From: an uncultured Bacilli bacterium
Lineage (GTDB): Bacteria > Bacillota_I > Bacilli_A > RF39 > UBA660
Assembly: GCA_944332555.1 (NCBI GenBank)
Contig: CALVKF010000002.1
Location: forward strand, 2,962-66,961
Reading direction: 5' to 3'
DNA: 64,000 nucleotides
Made by a program: the position numbers and the translations under genes. Shown here in pieces: positions 9,922 to 18,352 of this stretch. Position 1 is the stretch's first letter; the number at the start of each line of letters is the position of its first letter. The notes beneath the pieces were generated by a model. That model was not told where the DNA came from and searched no databases. It saw only the letters and a program-made list of their open reading frames with translations.

Positions 9922-10851
9922 TTAAAGCATATTTTTCTTCTTAAGCCACCAGGCAATGCATAAGGATATTATTAAGGATATTAAAATAATTAAAGCAAAT
10001 GATGCGGGATTTTCTCCAAGTTCACCTAGTGGAACATTCATACCTAGAAAAGATGCAATCATCGTTGGTACTGAAAATACAATAGTAATACCGGTTAAAA
10101 ATTTCATTAAAACATTTAAATTATTAGAAATTATTGAACTATAAGTATCCATTGTTGATGATAAAATTTCTCTATAAACAGTACTTGTTTCAATGCTTTG
10201 TTTATTTTCAAGAGTGGCATCTTCTAGCAACATTGCTTCTTCCTTACTAAAATCTAGCATATTTTCCTTTTGTAATTTTTCAAGTACCATTCCATTAGCA
10301 TGTAAGCTGGTAATAAAATAAACTAATGTTTTTTGAATATTTAAAAAATTAAGTAGTTGTTTATTATCTGTTGCTTTATATGTATTATTTTCAATTCTTA
10401 CAATATCTTCATCAATAGATTCCAAAGTTATCAAATAACTTTGAGCGGATTTTAATAAAATTTCAATTAATAATTTATTTATTTCAAATGTATTGATATC
10501 TTCCATATTATTTAAAAAAGCATGTTCAACTAAAGATACAGTAGTAATACAAGTATTACTCACAATAATTCCTAAAGGATATGTAACATATTTATTCTTA
10601 ATGCTTGTATCTTTCATAAAGGGAACATCCACTACTATTAATGTAGCATTATCTAATCTCTTTACTCTAGGCAATTCTTTTTCTACAAGTACTTGAGATA
10701 TAATATTAGTCTCAATCTTTAGGGCATCAGCAACCTTTATTATTTCTTCCTCACTTGGCTTTACTAAATTAATCCAAGTATTTTTTTCTATTTTACTACA
10801 TTTTTCTAAATCGCTACTATTTTTTTTACTCTTTAAAATACTAATCATCAT
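9922..10851 (-). CDS. corA: CorA-family Mg2+/Co2+ transporter
   Basis: C-terminal FLGMNVP (GMN) motif between two TM helices. Start at the tandem ATGs 10851/10848 after GAGGTG. Confidence 0.8.
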   Translation of the reverse strand: MMISILKSKKNSSDLEKCSKIEKNTWINLVKPSEEEIIKVADALKIETNIISQVLVEKELPRVKRLDNATLIVVDVPFMKDTSIKNKYVTYPLGIIVSNTCITTVSLVEHAFLNNMEDINTFEINKLLIEILLKSAQSYLITLESIDEDIVRIENNTYKATDNKQLLNFLNIQKTLVYFITSLHANGMVLEKLQKENMLDFSKEEAMLLEDATLENKQSIETSTVYREILSSTMDTYSSIISNNLNVLMKFLTGITIVFSVPTMIASFLGMNVPLGELGENPASFALIILISLIISLCIAWWLKKKNML

Positions 10852-10881
10852 TACACCTCTACCATTTTTATAAGGTAAAAT

Positions 10882-10915
10882 CAAAATAAAGTCAAGAGAA
10901 TTATGTTCTCTTGAC
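10882..10915 (-). terminator. intrinsic terminator after 10932..11297
   Basis: 10-bp stem GTCAAGAGAA/TTCTCTTGAC (10891-10900, 10906-10915), followed on the minus strand by a U-rich run. Confidence 0.55.
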
Positions 10916-10931
10916 CTTACTAGACGCTCAT

Positions 10932-11297
10932 TTAACGAGTTCTTGATTTAAATTTAAGCTTATATTCTTCATAAGTCATATCATCATCACTCATAGTCAT
11001 AAAATAACCTGGAGTAGTTTTACATAAAGTATGTATTCCATTATTTTCCAAATTAGCAATTAAAACATCAACATTTTTATATTGAGCTTTAATATCATCA
11101 ATAGTTAGTATTTCTCCAAAATATATCCATGGTGAATAATTGAATTTTTCTCCTTTAATATCTTGATCAAAATATCTAAAACCTATAGTTTTTCCATCAT
11201 CTTCTACAAGTTCAGGATTTCTACTTTCTACTTCACTAATTTCTGGTATAACTGGCTTATTTGCTTTCTTTTTTTCGATAAATGTTTTTACTTCCAT
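10932..11297 (-). CDS. hypothetical protein (121 aa)
   Basis: ORF only; no motif recognised. Confidence 0.4.
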   Translation of the reverse strand: MEVKTFIEKKKANKPVIPEISEVESRNPELVEDDGKTIGFRYFDQDIKGEKFNYSPWIYFGEILTIDDIKAQYKNVDVLIANLENNGIHTLCKTTPGYFMTMSDDDMTYEEYKLKFKSRTR

Positions 11298-11673
11298 AAT
11301 AACCTCATTTCTAATGACTATTATTATAACAAATTAAAAAAATAATACAAGTGTAAATGTCAATATAATAACCAATAATCAAAGTTCTTTGATGGGTTTG
11401 ATAAAATATTAATTTATTATGATAATGGCCAAAGAACTTTAGGGGTAGCTATAAAAGAATCTTTTTCTATTTTAGAAAACTATGAGCAGGTTGATAAATT
11501 TAATCATACACAAGAACGATTATTTCAAAGTGCAGACATGCTCACTTTTATTTACAAATTTGATTACAAATATAGAAACAAAAGTAATATATCAATTAGT
11601 GCTTTGTATTTTTTTGAAACTATGGAAATGCGAAAAATTTTAAAAGAATTAGAAAAGAAAAAATTGTAACATT

Positions 11674-11822
11674 CAAAAAGCAACCAAATGGTTGCCTTTT
11701 GAAGCGGCGCGTGGCGCCAACACGGGGCGGGACCTCAAACCAAGAAAGAACTAGTATATTTAAATTAGAGTTATCAGTCCCGGAGTAGATATAATATCTA
11801 CATATATATTATATCCACCAGT
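11674..11822 (-). ncRNA. candidate ~150-nt small RNA (family unknown)
   Basis: Near-consensus promoter TTTACA(11857-11852)-17 nt-TGgTATAAT(11834-11829). The transcript contains a local GC-rich patch (GAGGUCCCGCCCCGUGUUGGCGCCACGCGCC) with GGCGC/GCGCC and CGGGAC/GUCCCG pairings. It ends at hairpin GCAACC-AUUU-GGUUGC plus U5 (11695-11675). No plausible ORF. Confidence 0.45.
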
Positions 11823-11871
11823 AATTAAATTATACCATTTAATTTATCATTTGTAAATAGATTTTGATTAA

Positions 11872-12459
11872 TTATTTCCTTGTAAGCAATATTTTTTCCA
11901 CATTGCTCCAGCCATCTCGCCAATCAAGACCTGCTCTAATAATTCCTTTTTCTTTTAACTCTTCATCAGTTATCCCTTTATTGTGATATGACGGAAATAA
12001 TATTTTCAAATTTACATATGGACCAAAATTATTAATTCGATCATCTATTTGAATATCTGCAACAAATAAATGTTTAGCACTAGTTAAGATTATATGTCCT
12101 GGATCTATAAATGGTAAAGTTTTCCTTAAAAAATTATATTTATCAGCAAAATATCTTCCTGAACCATCAACATCCAAAAAATTTACACATGAAGATAAAA
12201 TATAAATATCATATACTTCATTTAGTTTCTTTATAACTTCTATAGCATTAGGTAATAATGGAGCATAATAATATAGATTTCTATTTCTTAAAAATTCATT
12301 AAATTCATCCATTCTATCGCTTGGAATAACTACACTATCAATATAATATTCACTAAATTCATCAATAACATAATTAGTACCTAAAAAATCATTAATAGCT
12401 TCTAAAAATCCTGAAAATACTATTACTTCATCGACATCTAATAATAAAGTTTTCTTCAT
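11872..12459 (-). CDS. HAD-superfamily 5'(3')-deoxyribonucleotidase-like (NT5C family)
   Basis: N-terminal LLLDVDEVI (DxDxV HAD motif I). Length and layout resemble YorS/NT5C-type nucleotidases. Confidence 0.45.
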   Translation of the reverse strand: MKKTLLLDVDEVIVFSGFLEAINDFLGTNYVIDEFSEYYIDSVVIPSDRMDEFNEFLRNRNLYYYAPLLPNAIEVIKKLNEVYDIYILSSCVNFLDVDGSGRYFADKYNFLRKTLPFIDPGHIILTSAKHLFVADIQIDDRINNFGPYVNLKILFPSYHNKGITDEELKEKGIIRAGLDWRDGWSNVEKILLTRK

Positions 12460-12800
12460 AATATAAACTTAATTCCTTTCTTTTTAACTGTATATATAAT
12501 GCTTAAATATATATCTTTTTCATTAATTGTAGGATAAGATTTATTTATAGTAATAACTATTTTATTAATATCTTTTTCTTTTTTACTCAGTTTAAAAAAA
12601 TAATTATATATTGTTTCAGGCTTTATTCTGGTTCCTTTTATAACAACATCTCCATTACAAATAATTTTATTTTTATTCATATATAAAGGCCAATCAATCT
12701 TTGTAGCAATTCTTTTTACTTTAAAATAATAATATATTCTATCAGACAATGTATATTTATTATCAAAATAATTGCATAAATGTTTTATAGTCATAAGCAT
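12456..12800 (-). CDS. hypothetical protein with DUF433-like segment
   Basis: GDVVIKGTRIKPETIYNYF resembles the DUF433 core (G.P.I.GTRI.V..I). Overlaps the next gene by 4 nt (ATGA). Confidence 0.3.
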   Translation of the reverse strand: MLMTIKHLCNYFDNKYTLSDRIYYYFKVKRIATKIDWPLYMNKNKIICNGDVVIKGTRIKPETIYNYFFKLSKKEKDINKIVITINKSYPTINEKDIYLSIIYTVKKKGIKFIL

Positions 12801-12907
12801 ATTAATTACTCCTTTCTTTTATATAATTTTAGCATTAATATTAAAAAAAATAAACTAATTATAGATATTAAAATCATTTTTTGATAAAATTAAATTGGTG
12901 ATTAGTT

Positions 12908-13474
12908 ATGAATAGAGAAGAAGCATTTGAATTATTAAAAAAGTATAATAAGGAATCTTATCATATAAGACATGGTTTAATGGTTGAAGCAATAATGAGG
13001 GAATTTGCAAGAATCAATAATTATGATGAAGAATTTTGGGGGATTGCAGGATTACTTCACGATATCGATTATGAAATGTATCCAGAAGAGCACTGTATTA
13101 AAGCAGTAGAATTATTAAAGAATGCTAATGCTAGTGATGAACTTGTTCATGCTGTAGTGTCTCATGGATATAATATATGCTCTGATGTCGAGCCAGTTCA
13201 TTATATGGAAAAAGTTTTATATGCTACTGATGAACTAACAGGAATTATTGCCTCTCTTATTAATATGAGACCAAGTAAAAATGCTCAAGGTATGGAGGTT
13301 TCTACTTTAAAAAAGAAATTTAAAGATAAGACATTTGCTAGAGGATGCTCAAGAGATATTGTTAAAGCTGGAGCAGAAATGCTTGGAGTTGATTTAAATT
13401 ATTTATTTGAACATGCTATAAAAGCAATTGAACAAGACGAAGAATATATCAATAATGAAATGGCAAAAATATAA
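12908..13474 (+). CDS. HD/HDIG-domain metal-dependent phosphohydrolase
   Basis: HIRHGLMVEA...GLLHDIDYE...VVSHG pattern. Confidence 0.6.
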   Translation: MNREEAFELLKKYNKESYHIRHGLMVEAIMREFARINNYDEEFWGIAGLLHDIDYEMYPEEHCIKAVELLKNANASDELVHAVVSHGYNICSDVEPVHYMEKVLYATDELTGIIASLINMRPSKNAQGMEVSTLKKKFKDKTFARGCSRDIVKAGAEMLGVDLNYLFEHAIKAIEQDEEYINNEMAKI

Positions 13475-13494
13475 GATACCTCGGTAATGGTATC

Positions 13495-14220
13495 TTATTT
13501 CTTTTTTTCATCTGTTCTTTTTCTTGTTAATTTTGGTCCTTCTAATTCTTTTTTAGGTTCTTCAACATAATCAACAACTAATTCATTATTGTTTGCTTTA
13601 TCTTGAATATGTTGTTGTACAATTTCTTTTGACAATTTTAAAGATTCTTGTATTTCTTTGACTAATTCATTATTGCTTTTTAAATTTTCAATAAATACTT
13701 CTTTACTACCATATACTGAATTAGCAAATTCCATTATTTCATTCCAATTATTTTGAGCTAAAGGAAATAATATATCTTTATCTACATTTTTTAAGGTACC
13801 TTTTCCTTCGACAGATACAACTTTTTCAAAACTATCATCTAATACAATTATTATATATCCGCCATCTAAATTAAGGCATTGTACTTTGGTAATAGCATTA
13901 TTTAATATTTCTTTAAAGCTACTTGCTTTTCCTTTTCCCTCATCTTTAATTAGCATACCTCTTGTAATCATTTGATCAATTACCTTTTCTTTATCATTTA
14001 CATATTCCATAGATGCTTTAAGAGAATAAATTATATTAACAATTGGAGTAAACATCACTAAAACAGTTAATTTATTCATATAAGATTCGTTATTATCTTT
14101 ATAATCATGATTTATCACATAGCCATTTCTTTTAGCTTCCTTTAAAAATTTTATAACTAAAGTTATATTCATTGCCCCACTTAATATTATAGTAGCTAAC
14201 CAAATTAATAATATGTCCAT
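13495..14220 (-). CDS. hypothetical membrane protein (241 aa)
   Basis: ORF with two N-terminal hydrophobic helices and a Lys/Glu-rich tail. Confidence 0.4.
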   Translation of the reverse strand: MDILLIWLATIILSGAMNITLVIKFLKEAKRNGYVINHDYKDNNESYMNKLTVLVMFTPIVNIIYSLKASMEYVNDKEKVIDQMITRGMLIKDEGKGKASSFKEILNNAITKVQCLNLDGGYIIIVLDDSFEKVVSVEGKGTLKNVDKDILFPLAQNNWNEIMEFANSVYGSKEVFIENLKSNNELVKEIQESLKLSKEIVQQHIQDKANNNELVVDYVEEPKKELEGPKLTRKRTDEKKK

Positions 14221-14295
14221 TTATCTCACTTCCCTCAATTGCTGATTATTATATCATAATCTTCCTATTTTGCAATAAATTTTGGTTAACTTTTA

Positions 14296-14526
14296 TTAGT
14301 TAATATCAAATAAATTTCTAATATCAACATTTAGAGCATCAGCAATTCTACCAACAACCGCAATAGAAAAAACTTTTTGCATTTTTTTACTTTCAATTTT
14401 CGCCAAATAATTCATAGTTATACCACTTTTATCTGCTAACTCCTGTTGAGTTAAATTAGCTAACTTTCTATATTTCTTAATATTTTTTCTAACAGCATCG
14501 TAATAATAATTATCACTATTAATAAT
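14296..14526 (-). CDS. small XRE-family HTH regulator (76 codons, no canonical start)
   Basis: Not in the ORF track. Translation is IINSDNYYYDAVRKNIKKYRKLANLTQQELADKSGITMNYLAKIESKKMQKVFSIAVVGRIADALNVDIRNLFDIN*. Upstream in frame is ATG GAG TGG TAA (14538-14527). The GGAG inside it lies 6 nt before ATT 14526, which is a possible ATT start. Confidence 0.5.
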   Translation of the reverse strand: MINSDNYYYDAVRKNIKKYRKLANLTQQELADKSGITMNYLAKIESKKMQKVFSIAVVGRIADALNVDIRNLFDIN

Positions 14527-14592
14527 TTACCACTCCATTTAAACAAACTCTAGTTACATTTCCTGTTATTATTTATAATTTATTATATAATA

Positions 14593-15360
14593 TTGCTAGG
14601 TGATGAAGAATGGATCAAGAACATATTGGCAAATTTATTGCTGAGTGTCGTAAACAAAAAAAAGATGACACAAGTAGAATTAGCAGAAAAACTAGGAGTT
14701 ACTGAAAAATCGGTAAGTAACTGGAAAAATGGCAGAAATACGCCAGATTTAAGTTTGTTTAAACCTATCTGTGATATTTTAGATATTTTCATTAATGAAC
14801 TTATGAGTGGAGAAAAACTAAATCAAGATAATTATCAAGAAAAACTAGAAGAAAATATAATAAATTTATCTTCTAAAAATAATAAAACATACAAGAAATA
14901 CTTAATTATATTTTTTACTACAGCATTAGTAGGATTTATTATAGGTCTAGGATTATATATTTTATATGAAACAATGGAAATAGATGTAAAGTATGATGCG
15001 AGAGTAATGGAATGTAACATTCAAAATAATGAACTTATTTTTCAAAACAAAGGAATTAGTGTATTTAATATGTATTATACTACTAAAACCATCAATGATA
15101 ATAATTATATCATTTTTCATAACACAGTATATCTTCAAAAAAAAAGAAGAAGCAACTGGGAATATGGCGAATCTTTTGCTACTTACTTAACTGAAGGCAG
15201 GATACCTTTTGCATCAATATTAACTTTTGATGATTTAGAAGACTATGATAATGTTTTTGTTTATTACACAGATGATTCTATTAAAAAAATAGAAAAATTG
15301 TCTAACTCAGAATTTATGAATGAATTAGACAATCTCCATTTAATGTGCCAACTAAATTAA
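14593..15360 (+). CDS. XRE-HTH membrane-anchored regulator, apparently frameshifted at an A8 run
   Basis: HTH MTQVELAEKLGVTEKSVSNWKNGRNTP followed by a TM helix (YLIIFFTTALVGFIIGLGLYILY) and an extracytoplasmic domain. The RBS-supported start ATG 14610 is in another frame (see finding). Confidence 0.6.
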   Translation: MLGDEEWIKNILANLLLSVVNKKKMTQVELAEKLGVTEKSVSNWKNGRNTPDLSLFKPICDILDIFINELMSGEKLNQDNYQEKLEENIINLSSKNNKTYKKYLIIFFTTALVGFIIGLGLYILYETMEIDVKYDARVMECNIQNNELIFQNKGISVFNMYYTTKTINDNNYIIFHNTVYLQKKRRSNWEYGESFATYLTEGRIPFASILTFDDLEDYDNVFVYYTDDSIKKIEKLSNSEFMNELDNLHLMCQLN

Positions 15361-15546
15361 GTTTCTAAAAGTTTTAACAAAAAATAAGAATAATTCTCCA
15401 TCGATTATATAGGATAAGTAAAAAATATAACTCCAAGTTTTATTATGGTTATATTTTTTCAGTTCCAAGTTTTATTGAAAATTAGTTTATTTTTATTTAA
15501 AAATTTAAATATTGCATTAAAGAAAATTAATTCTTGGCATAAAATT

Positions 15547-15664
15547 TTTCAAAGGTATCGAATTCGCCCCCTTTAAATTAATAAAATAATTATTAAAACT
15601 CAATTAGTAATATAAAAATTAATTTAGACTCCAATTTCAAAGGCCACGAATTCGTGACCTTTAG
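15547..15664. repeat. two copies of a ~30-nt hairpin-forming repeat centred on GAATTC
   Basis: TTTCAAAGGTATCGAATTCGCCCCCTTTAAA (15547-15577) and TTTCAAAGGCCACGAATTCGTGACCTTTAGA (15635-15665). Both have AAAGG...CCTTT outer stems. Confidence 0.6.
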
Positions 15665-15757
15665 AAAATTATCATTGAGTTGTTACCATTATACTTAAAT
15701 AAAACAAAAAATTTTATTTTATATCATGTGATAGTGTATTTAACTAATAATATAAAA

Positions 15758-15833
15758 TGGTGCTGGAAATAGGACTTGAACCTACAACCTATGCGTTACG
15801 AGGGCATTGCTCTGCCAATTGAGCTATTCCAGC
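15758..15833 (-). tRNA. tRNA-Thr (anticodon CGU)
   Basis: Folded by hand. Acceptor stem GCTGGAA/TTCCAGC, D-stem GCTC/GAGC, anticodon loop CUCGUAA, T-arm GTAGG-TTCAAGT-CCTAT, and encoded CCA. There is one C-C mismatch at 31-39. Upstream TTGTAA-17-TACAAT promoter. Confidence 0.85.
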
Positions 15834-15925
15834 AACAATTTAATTGTACTAAATTTTATGATAAATTACAATAATTAGTGACATAATTTCAAGTTTTTGA
15901 TAAAATACTTTCTGAGGTAATTAGA

Positions 15926-16843
15926 ATGTTTAAAAATACATTAGATAATAAAAGATATTACACATTAAATTATTTTTTAAGAAAAAAATTTAATAGCAAA
16001 GTATTTAAAGTACCAATTGATATTAATAGTACTTGTCCTAATATGGCTACTGGTGGTTGTATTTATTGCTCCAACAGAAGTAAGGATAATATTACGAATA
16101 GTAATCTAGATTATATTGAACAATTTAATCAAAATAAAAAAATTTTAGAGCATAAATGGCCAAATTCTTTATATATTGCTTATTTTCAATCTGGAACTAA
16201 TACTTATAGGAGTGTATCAGATATTAAAAATATTGTTGATAAGTTGTTAGTTATGAACAAAGTTGTGGGTATATCTATTGCAACCAGACCTGATACTTTA
16301 AGTGATGAATGGTTAAATTATTTGGAAGCTTTAAATAAAAAAACATTTTTAACGGTTGAGTTAGGTTTGCAAAGCAGTAATGATGAAACTCTAAAATTTA
16401 TCAACCGCGGCCATAATGCTGAATGTTTTAAAGAAGCTTGTGAAAACTTGAAGAAAAGAGGTATATTTACTGTTGCTCATATAATTAATGGGCTTCCAGG
16501 AGAAACTAAAGAAGATATGTTAAATACTATTAAGTTTTTGCAAGATTTCAAAATTGATGGCATAAAAATTCATATGTTATATATAATTAAAAATACAAAA
16601 CTTGCAGATATTTATAAATCTAACCCTTTTCATGTTTTAACTAAAGATGAATATATTGACATAGTTTGTGATGAACTCAGACTACTTGATGAAGATATAG
16701 TTATTGAGCGAATTACAGGAGATCCAATAAAAGAAGAATTAATAGCACCAGATTGGTTAATAAAGAAATTTGTTGTCTTAAATGATATTGATAAAGAAAT
16801 GAAAAAAAGGAATATTTACCAAGGAGATCTAGTCAAGCGTTGA
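15926..16843 (+). CDS. TIGR01212-family radical SAM protein (YtqA/YhcC-like)
   Basis: CPNMATGGCIYCS cluster, GISIATRPD, VELGLQS. Typical ~305-aa length. Confidence 0.75.
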   Translation: MFKNTLDNKRYYTLNYFLRKKFNSKVFKVPIDINSTCPNMATGGCIYCSNRSKDNITNSNLDYIEQFNQNKKILEHKWPNSLYIAYFQSGTNTYRSVSDIKNIVDKLLVMNKVVGISIATRPDTLSDEWLNYLEALNKKTFLTVELGLQSSNDETLKFINRGHNAECFKEACENLKKRGIFTVAHIINGLPGETKEDMLNTIKFLQDFKIDGIKIHMLYIIKNTKLADIYKSNPFHVLTKDEYIDIVCDELRLLDEDIVIERITGDPIKEELIAPDWLIKKFVVLNDIDKEMKKRNIYQGDLVKR

Positions 16844-18282
16844 GTATTTCTCCTTAAATATTCCTTTATTTTTTGTTTAGCAGTAGCAGTTTTAGCAATT
16901 TCTAGCCATGATTCATCAGGACCTAAAGCATTAATATCGGTAATTATTCTTATTTTATCATATGGCTGTATTGTGTAATCAAAATTAACTGCAACTCCAT
17001 TTACTATAACTGCCGCTAAATGATTAGCAACTCCTGAAAAATTAAGATAAGCATAATCTATCGGAGTAGAACCTCGAGCAATTTCTATAAGTTCTCCCTT
17101 ATTATTATAAATAGGTATTTTTTCACCCAAAACATCTTCTTCAACTATTTGAACAAAGTCCGCATTACTTTTAGCATTTTTATTAGCAATTAATATTGAT
17201 TGCATTAATGGATATTGCTTGTTAAAAGTATCTTGCATAATGATTGATGCATTATCTATATCTTGATGCCAATAATAAGTTATACCATACCTTGCTAACT
17301 GTTCCATTTCTGGTGTTCTAATTTGCATTTGCATAAGTTTATCATCAGGACCAAACACAGTAGTATGGAGAGCCTCATAATGATTTGGTTTAGGTTGAGC
17401 AATATAGTCTTTAATAAAAATTGTATTAGGTTTATATAATTTATGAATATATTTTAATGCTAAATAACAATTATCTACATTATCAAGTAATATATTAAAT
17501 ATAAATAAATCATGAATATTATCTATACTAGTACCATTCATCAAACTTTTATATATACCATATAAATTTTTCATTCTAAACTTTATTGTTGAAAAAATAT
17601 AATTATCATTAAGTACATTACTAATACTTTCAATTATTTCATCTTTAATAGAACTAACATCTTGCCATTTTACTTTTAAATCTCTAATTTCTTTATATGC
17701 ATCAGGGTTTAAATACATAAAGCTCAAGTCTTCTAATTCTAATTTAGTGCTATATAAACCTAAATGTTCTGCTATTGGAGCATATATTTTGATAGTTTCT
17801 CTTGCTTTCAATTGTTGTTTTCTTAAATCTTTTTTATATTCTAGCGTTCGCATGTTATGAATTCTATCGGCAAGTTTAATAATAATTATTCTAATATCTT
17901 TGCTCATACCTACTAAAACTTTTCTTAAATTAGCATTATTAAATGTTGTTTTATCATAAAAATTCATCTTAGTAATATTTGTTACCCCTTTAACTAAATT
18001 AGTAATCTCAGAGCCAAATTCACTTAACAGTTCTTCTTCACTAGTTTTAGTATCTTCTAGTGTATCATGTAAAAGACCTGCACATATGGTTGCAGTATCA
18101 GCATGCAAGTCTGCAAGGATATTTGCTACAGCTAGAGGATGAGTTATATAAGCTTCGCCACTTTCTCTAAATTGATTTTTGTGTTTTTCATATGCATACA
18201 GATAAGCTTTTTTAACAATTTCCACAGCAGAAATATTGTAAGTAGCAACTTTTTTTAATAATGCACTAGCAACTTTTTCCAT
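16816..18282 (-). CDS. rel: short RelA/SpoT homolog (HD hydrolase + degenerate synthetase + TGS, no ACT/RRM)
   Basis: HPLAVANILADLHADTATICAGLLHDTLEDT is the HD motif. IKDYIAQPKPNHYEALHTTV...QMQIRT is the synthetase core. IPIYNNKGELIEIARGSTPIDYAY is the TGS domain. Start taken at MEKVASALL (18282) behind AAAGGAG. Confidence 0.8.
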   Translation of the reverse strand: MEKVASALLKKVATYNISAVEIVKKAYLYAYEKHKNQFRESGEAYITHPLAVANILADLHADTATICAGLLHDTLEDTKTSEEELLSEFGSEITNLVKGVTNITKMNFYDKTTFNNANLRKVLVGMSKDIRIIIIKLADRIHNMRTLEYKKDLRKQQLKARETIKIYAPIAEHLGLYSTKLELEDLSFMYLNPDAYKEIRDLKVKWQDVSSIKDEIIESISNVLNDNYIFSTIKFRMKNLYGIYKSLMNGTSIDNIHDLFIFNILLDNVDNCYLALKYIHKLYKPNTIFIKDYIAQPKPNHYEALHTTVFGPDDKLMQMQIRTPEMEQLARYGITYYWHQDIDNASIIMQDTFNKQYPLMQSILIANKNAKSNADFVQIVEEDVLGEKIPIYNNKGELIEIARGSTPIDYAYLNFSGVANHLAAVIVNGVAVNFDYTIQPYDKIRIITDINALGPDESWLEIAKTATAKQKIKEYLRRNTQRLTRSPW

Positions 18283-18352
18283 AATACTCCTTTTTTCTTC
18301 AATACTATACACTATTTTTGCATATCTGTCAAAATATTTCATACACTTTATT

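Noticed and set aside
11383-11669. Open frame SKFFDGFDKILIYYDNGQRTLGVAIKESFSILENYEQVDKF...RKILKELEKKKL on the plus strand, without a start codon near its 5' end.
   Set aside because: Possibly the C-terminal remnant of a decayed gene. It has no start or RBS and I recognise no family, so it is not reported as a feature.
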